DNA of 64,000 bases from Promethearchaeota archaeon. GTDB taxonomy: Archaea > Asgardarchaeota > Lokiarchaeia > Sigyniarchaeales > SOKP01. Made by a program: the position numbers and the translations under genes. Under the pieces are notes generated by a model that was not told the DNA's origin, did not search any database, and saw nothing but the letters and a program-made list of their open reading frames with translations. Shown one piece after another: positions 59,312 to 64,000 of the stretch (position 1 is the stretch's first letter; each line of letters starts with the position of its first letter). Location of the stretch: contig JBHLMQ010000004.1 of assembly GCA_048938005.1 (NCBI GenBank), forward strand, positions 34,447 through 98,446. The letters run 5' to 3'.

Positions 59312-60334
59312 TTATTTATCTACTTCAGAAATCCTTACAGGACGGTTTTCTTCATAAGATTTCTGAGCAGCTAATGCTACAAGAACATTTTGCAAACCAT
59401 CGGCCCCATTAGGTTTAGGTTCTATATTTTTACTTAAACATTCAAGGAAATATTTCAATTCAGTCGAATATGATTCCATGTATCGTTCCATGAAAAAGTA
59501 TGGAATCTTGTCAATATTAGTACATTCCGCAGTATAAATACGGACAGTGTTAGTTGCCTCATTGTCAGCCACCACACATCCTTTAGAACCAAACACTTCA
59601 ACACGTTGGTCATAACCGTAGACAGCTTGACGAGTATTATCAATTATGCATATAGCTCCATTTCTAAATTTTAAAACGGCTACAGCGGTATCTATATCTC
59701 CTACCTTTCCAATTTCAGGATCAATAAGTACTGCTCCAGTTGCATAGACTTCTTCCACTTCACTTCCAGCTTGGAATCTTGCCATATCCCAATCATGAAT
59801 AGTCATATCAAGAAAAATTCCCCCTGAGACCTTTATATATTCTATTGGAGGGGGAGTAGGATCTCGAGAAGTAATTTTAATAATTTGAGGTTCACCGATT
59901 TGACCAGAAACAATTGCTTCATGGCATCTTATAAAATTACGATCAAAACGTCTATTAAACCCTACCATGAGTTTTATTCCTGTTTCTTTAACAATTGAAA
60001 GAGTTTCCTTTATCCGTTTTATGTCAGTATCAATAGGTTTCTCACAAAAGACCTGTTTATTTGCCTTAGCAGCTTCCTGAATTAATTTCGTATGAGAATC
60101 TGTAGGTGAACAAATAACTACTATCTCAATTTCAGGATCGTTAAATATTTCATTTACATCCGAACTGAGATTTAATACACCAATTTCTGTTGCCCATTGT
60201 CTTAATTTGTCATTTATTTTAATATCAGCTACAATTTTTAAATTAACATTAGGTATTTTGCGCAAAAGGTTTTCAATATGTATTTTGCCAATTCTACCTG
60301 CCCCAATTACTCCAATTGTAAACTTTTTAACCAA
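59312..60334 (-). CDS. iolG: myo-Inositol 2-dehydrogenase
   Basis: GAGRIGKIH, CEKP, GFNRRFD, DMTIHD, YGYDQRVEVFG. Confidence 0.9.
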   Translation of the reverse strand: MVKKFTIGVIGAGRIGKIHIENLLRKIPNVNLKIVADIKINDKLRQWATEIGVLNLSSDVNEIFNDPEIEIVVICSPTDSHTKLIQEAAKANKQVFCEKPIDTDIKRIKETLSIVKETGIKLMVGFNRRFDRNFIRCHEAIVSGQIGEPQIIKITSRDPTPPPIEYIKVSGGIFLDMTIHDWDMARFQAGSEVEEVYATGAVLIDPEIGKVGDIDTAVAVLKFRNGAICIIDNTRQAVYGYDQRVEVFGSKGCVVADNEATNTVRIYTAECTNIDKIPYFFMERYMESYSTELKYFLECLSKNIEPKPNGADGLQNVLVALAAQKSYEENRPVRISEVDK

Positions 60335-60495
60335 AATATGTCACTTAAAAACCTATAATTTATTAATTTCAGAATTTATGAGAAATTTACTATCTTCAAA
60401 GTTTTTAATGAAGAATTATAGATTTATATTTATTTAAGTCTAAATTGATTTAATTAATTAAAAATTTATTATTAAACAATAAAAGTGTTAGCTTA

Positions 60496-61701
60496 ATGAG
60501 TGAAACAAATATTCAAGTTTATAGATACCGTTGGACAGTTCTTTTATTATTTATGGTAGAAAATATTACATTACAGATGTTATGGATTAGTTTTGCACCT
60601 GTGAGAAGCCTTGCCGTAACTTTTTATGGAGTTGATGCGCTTTCTATAGATTTATTGGCAATGAGTTTTATGATTGTATATATTCCAATTACTTTCCTAT
60701 CGGCTTGGGTTATTGATAAATATGGTTTTAAAATAGGAGCAGGAATAGGAGCAATAATCGCAGGACTTTTTGGATTATTAAGATTTGTAGCATTCAATGA
60801 TTATTTACTTGCATTAATATTTCAAATAGGAATCGGTATAGGGCAACCATTTATTCTCAATGCTGTAACAAAATTATCTGCTAATTGGTTTCCTGATGAT
60901 GAAAGAACAACTGCTACTGGTCTTGCCTTAATATCACAGTTTCTCGGAATTGCGTTAGGTATGTTCATTACACCAATTCTTGTACCAACAAGTGATCTTC
61001 TACCTATGTTGCTTACGTACGGCATTATTTCTTTGATTTCTGGAGCAATATTTGTAGCGTTTGTTAAAGATAAACCACCAACTCCACCCACAAAAGCCAT
61101 CGTTGAAGAAAAAGTTTTAATGTCTGAAGGTTTGAAAAAATTATTTATAAATAGGCATTTCATTATTCTATTTATTCTATTTTTCTTAGGCCTTGGAATT
61201 TTTAATACAGTAACTACTTATATAGAAGGAATTGTAGGAGGTAAAGGTTATGGTCCTGCTTTTGCTGGAACATTAGGTGCTTTAATGTTATTAGGAGGAA
61301 TCGTAGGTTGTGTTGTAATGTCTCTTTTATCAGATAAATATAAAAAGCGAAAAATTTTACTAATAATTTCACTTTCAATAGCGGTGATTTCTCTATTCAT
61401 AATTACATTCACAAACGATGAAATTATGTTGAATACATTTGGATTTTTATTAGGTTTTGGCTTACTTTCAGCAGGACCAGTTGGTCTTGAATTTGCTGTT
61501 GATTTAACAAAACCAGTACCAGAAGCAAGCTCCACTGGAATGTTAATGATGGTTGGTCAAATAGGGGGTATTTTACTTATTCTTACCTTAGAAGGTGCTA
61601 AAATAGGCATTGATTACTGGCCTGCTTTGCTAATTCAATCAATTTTTCTTGTTATAGCTTTAGTATTAACATTCTTCTTAAAAGAGACAAAAAGTGAATA
61701 A
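60496..61701 (+). CDS. MFS transporter
   Basis: About 12 TM segments, WFPDDERTTA, SDKYKKRK. Confidence 0.9.
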   Translation: MSETNIQVYRYRWTVLLLFMVENITLQMLWISFAPVRSLAVTFYGVDALSIDLLAMSFMIVYIPITFLSAWVIDKYGFKIGAGIGAIIAGLFGLLRFVAFNDYLLALIFQIGIGIGQPFILNAVTKLSANWFPDDERTTATGLALISQFLGIALGMFITPILVPTSDLLPMLLTYGIISLISGAIFVAFVKDKPPTPPTKAIVEEKVLMSEGLKKLFINRHFIILFILFFLGLGIFNTVTTYIEGIVGGKGYGPAFAGTLGALMLLGGIVGCVVMSLLSDKYKKRKILLIISLSIAVISLFIITFTNDEIMLNTFGFLLGFGLLSAGPVGLEFAVDLTKPVPEASSTGMLMMVGQIGGILLILTLEGAKIGIDYWPALLIQSIFLVIALVLTFFLKETKSE

Positions 61702-61761
61702 ACAAATTCTTTATTTTTTTATTTTTTCTTAAATATAATTTTATTAGATTAAATAATCAAG

Positions 61762-62955
61762 GTGTTTGAATTCAAAATGAAAGCTGTTGAATTATCCGCA
61801 GAATGGGATCCAAAGCCTAATTTTAAACTCGGATCTAAAGATATTGAAGGTAGATTAACATATTTAGGTTCACAAGTTTGGAGAAGTCCATTAGTTAATG
61901 TTATTGAAAAAGAAAAACCTCAAATTAAAGCTAATGAAGTATTAATTAAGGTAAAAAGATGTGGAATATGTGGATCCGACGTACATATGGCACAATCATA
62001 TGAAGATGGATATATTTATTATCCTGGTTTAACTGCTTTCCCTGTAACTCTCGGCCACGAGTTTGCTGGTGAAATTGTTGAGGTGGGAAGTCAAGCTATT
62101 GATAAAAGAACAGGAAAGCTTTATCAACCAGGAGAACCTGTGACTGTTGAAGAAATGGTTTGGTGTGGTGAATGTAAACCTTGTTGCGATGGCTATCCAA
62201 ATCATTGTGAAAGATTGCAAGAAATTGGTTTTTCGATTGATGGGGCTTATGCTGAATATATCAAAGTTCCTGCAAAATTATGTTGGAGTTTGAAGAAATT
62301 AGAAAAAAATTATGATGACGTTTTCAAAATCGGAAGTTTAGTAGAACCAACTTCAGTAGCATACAATGCAGTAATTGAAAGGGGAGGGGGAATACGCCCG
62401 GGTGAGAATGTAATTATTTTGGGAGCAGGTCCTATTGGATTAGCAGCATTAAAAATTTTAAAAAATGCAGGAGCAGCTGTATCTATTGTTTCGGAACCTG
62501 AAGAAAGCAGAACTTCCTTAGCAAAAAAAATGGGTGCTGATTATTTGATAAATCCTTTAAAGGAAGATTTTGTAGAAAAGGTAAAAAGTTATACTGATAA
62601 TGAGGGAGCAGCATTATATCTTGAAGCTACAGGATTACCACACATTGTAACAGATGATATCCAAAATGCAATATGGGAATGCAAAGCAGTTAATAGTACT
62701 GTAGTTATAGTTGCTAGGGCAGAGCAAAAAATGCCTGTATGCGGTGAATATTTACAAGTAAGGAGAGCTCGAATTGTAGGAGCCCAAGGTCATTCTGGTC
62801 ATGGTAATTTTCCGAATGTTATAAATTGTATGGCGGCTGGGATGGATATGACTCCAATAGTCACAAAAGAAATCTCTCTTGATGAAGTTCCCAAATATCT
62901 TAAAATTTTACAGACAGATAAAGTAAACTGTAAAATTTCAGTTAAAATAGCTTAA
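61762..62955 (+). CDS. iolM: Zn-dependent dehydrogenase, scyllo-inosose 3-dehydrogenase (IolM)-like
   Basis: CGICGSD, GHE, structural Zn CxxCxxC..C, GAQGHSGHG; next to iolG. Confidence 0.8.
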   Translation: MFEFKMKAVELSAEWDPKPNFKLGSKDIEGRLTYLGSQVWRSPLVNVIEKEKPQIKANEVLIKVKRCGICGSDVHMAQSYEDGYIYYPGLTAFPVTLGHEFAGEIVEVGSQAIDKRTGKLYQPGEPVTVEEMVWCGECKPCCDGYPNHCERLQEIGFSIDGAYAEYIKVPAKLCWSLKKLEKNYDDVFKIGSLVEPTSVAYNAVIERGGGIRPGENVIILGAGPIGLAALKILKNAGAAVSIVSEPEESRTSLAKKMGADYLINPLKEDFVEKVKSYTDNEGAALYLEATGLPHIVTDDIQNAIWECKAVNSTVVIVARAEQKMPVCGEYLQVRRARIVGAQGHSGHGNFPNVINCMAAGMDMTPIVTKEISLDEVPKYLKILQTDKVNCKISVKIA

Positions 62956-63083
62956 TGTTTCTTAAAATCAGTAACCTTTTATTATTGAAAGTTTTGATAA
63001 CAAGAAACAATCAAAACTTTTTTATATCATTTTTATCTATTTTTGTTATTCAAAAATTATAATTTTGGAAGAGAGCTGATATT

Positions 63084-63677
63084 ATGAATGAAAATAATTA
63101 TGAGGAAGAAGATATTGAGTTAGAGGAAGAAACTGAAAGTAGCGAACAAATTCTTGAAAAGCAGAAAAAGCAAGAAGAAATCACTTTAAAAAGAACTGAA
63201 GCTAGTAATTTTAAAACGCAACATCCAGAATCTTTAGAGATTATGGAAATTGAACCTTTTTACAGAAATCCGTTGACTAACATTATAGAAAGTGAGGATT
63301 TATACTACGTTCTTGTCGAATTGCCAGGACTAGACAAAAAAAATGTTAAAATTTCATTACAAAAAGGAATTTTAGAATTACTTGGTGAAAAAACAATAAA
63401 ATCTAAAGAGAAAAAGGAAGAGAAAAAGGAAAAAGAAAAGAAAGAAAAAAAAGATGAAAAGAAAGATAAAGACAAGAAAAAAGAAAAATATAAGGAAATA
63501 AAAGGTAACTATTTAAGGAGAGAAATTCGAACCACTAATTTCTTTAGATGTTTCCATTTACCTGAAGATATAACTCCTGAAGAAATTGATGCAAGCTTCA
63601 AAAATGGTATCCTAAAGTTAATAATCCCTAAAAAATCAGCAGTGATTAGTGAAAAAAAAGTAATAGAAATTAAATAA
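63084..63677 (+). CDS. Hsp20/alpha-crystallin small heat-shock protein
   Basis: ELPGLDK, FFRCFHLP, ASFKNGILKLIIPK. Confidence 0.9.
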   Translation: MNENNYEEEDIELEEETESSEQILEKQKKQEEITLKRTEASNFKTQHPESLEIMEIEPFYRNPLTNIIESEDLYYVLVELPGLDKKNVKISLQKGILELLGEKTIKSKEKKEEKKEKEKKEKKDEKKDKDKKKEKYKEIKGNYLRREIRTTNFFRCFHLPEDITPEEIDASFKNGILKLIIPKKSAVISEKKVIEIK

Positions 63678-63785
63678 ATTGAAACTTTAATTATAAAATT
63701 ATTATCTTGTTTTTTTTACTTGGTTTTCTTTTTATATTCTATTTAAAAAAGATAAAGATCTGGTTTTAAAACATATTCTTTAATA

Positions 63786-64000
63786 TCATAAAATTGCTCT
63801 AAGGTATTCAGATGAATCTTTAGCAACTTCCTCGAATGAGGGTTTCATAATTGTTTCAATTGATGCAAAACCATTATAGCCAGCATTTTTAAAAATACTT
63901 AAAAATGATCTAAAGTCAAAATGTCCTGAACCTGGAGCTCTACGTGTACAATCAGCTAAATGAATATGATATACATAGTCTGTAATTTCTTCCAGATATT
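63786..64000 (-). CDS. Sugar phosphate isomerase/epimerase TIM barrel (IolO-like), C-terminal part only
   Basis: Manual translation ...VYHIHLADCTRRAPGSGHFDF...GYNGFASIE...EYLRAIL*. Confidence 0.8.
   Translation of the reverse strand, partial: YLEEITDYVYHIHLADCTRRAPGSGHFDFRSFLSIFKNAGYNGFASIETIMKPSFEEVAKDSSEYLRAIL

Overview
AT-rich archaeal chromosomal window. Gene content (Rps26e, roadblock/LC7 proteins, Get3-like ATPase, SNAP-like TPR protein, CdhE, archaeal ribosomal/translation operon) points to an Asgard archaeon, probably Lokiarchaeia; this is inferred from gene families. It carries housekeeping genes: Fe-S and sulfur relay, tRNA maturation (RNase Z, TrmY, ArcS/RaSEA, Rpp21), TFB/Gar1, the rps19e-rpl39e-rpl31e-eIF6-rplX-pfdA-ftsY-secE operon, an ECF Co/Ni transporter and an inositol catabolism cluster. 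The main finding is RNA splicing. The archaeal dnaG gene is split inside its conserved AIFGQ|TEGL motif by a 40-nt insertion (47123-47162) that carries an in-frame stop. The insertion folds into a bulge-helix-bulge (BHB)-type motif whose predicted cut sites exactly restore the frame, so it is a candidate mRNA intron removed by the tRNA splicing endonuclease. The same window has a tRNA-Phe with three non-canonical introns and a tRNA-Gly with an intron at 53/54. Other observations: a ~300-nt structured intergenic RNA candidate, apparent ATT start codons, an IscU fused to a degenerate TrxR domain, a capped SAMP/ubiquitin-like protein and several pseudogene fragments. All structures were folded by eye and no searches were run.
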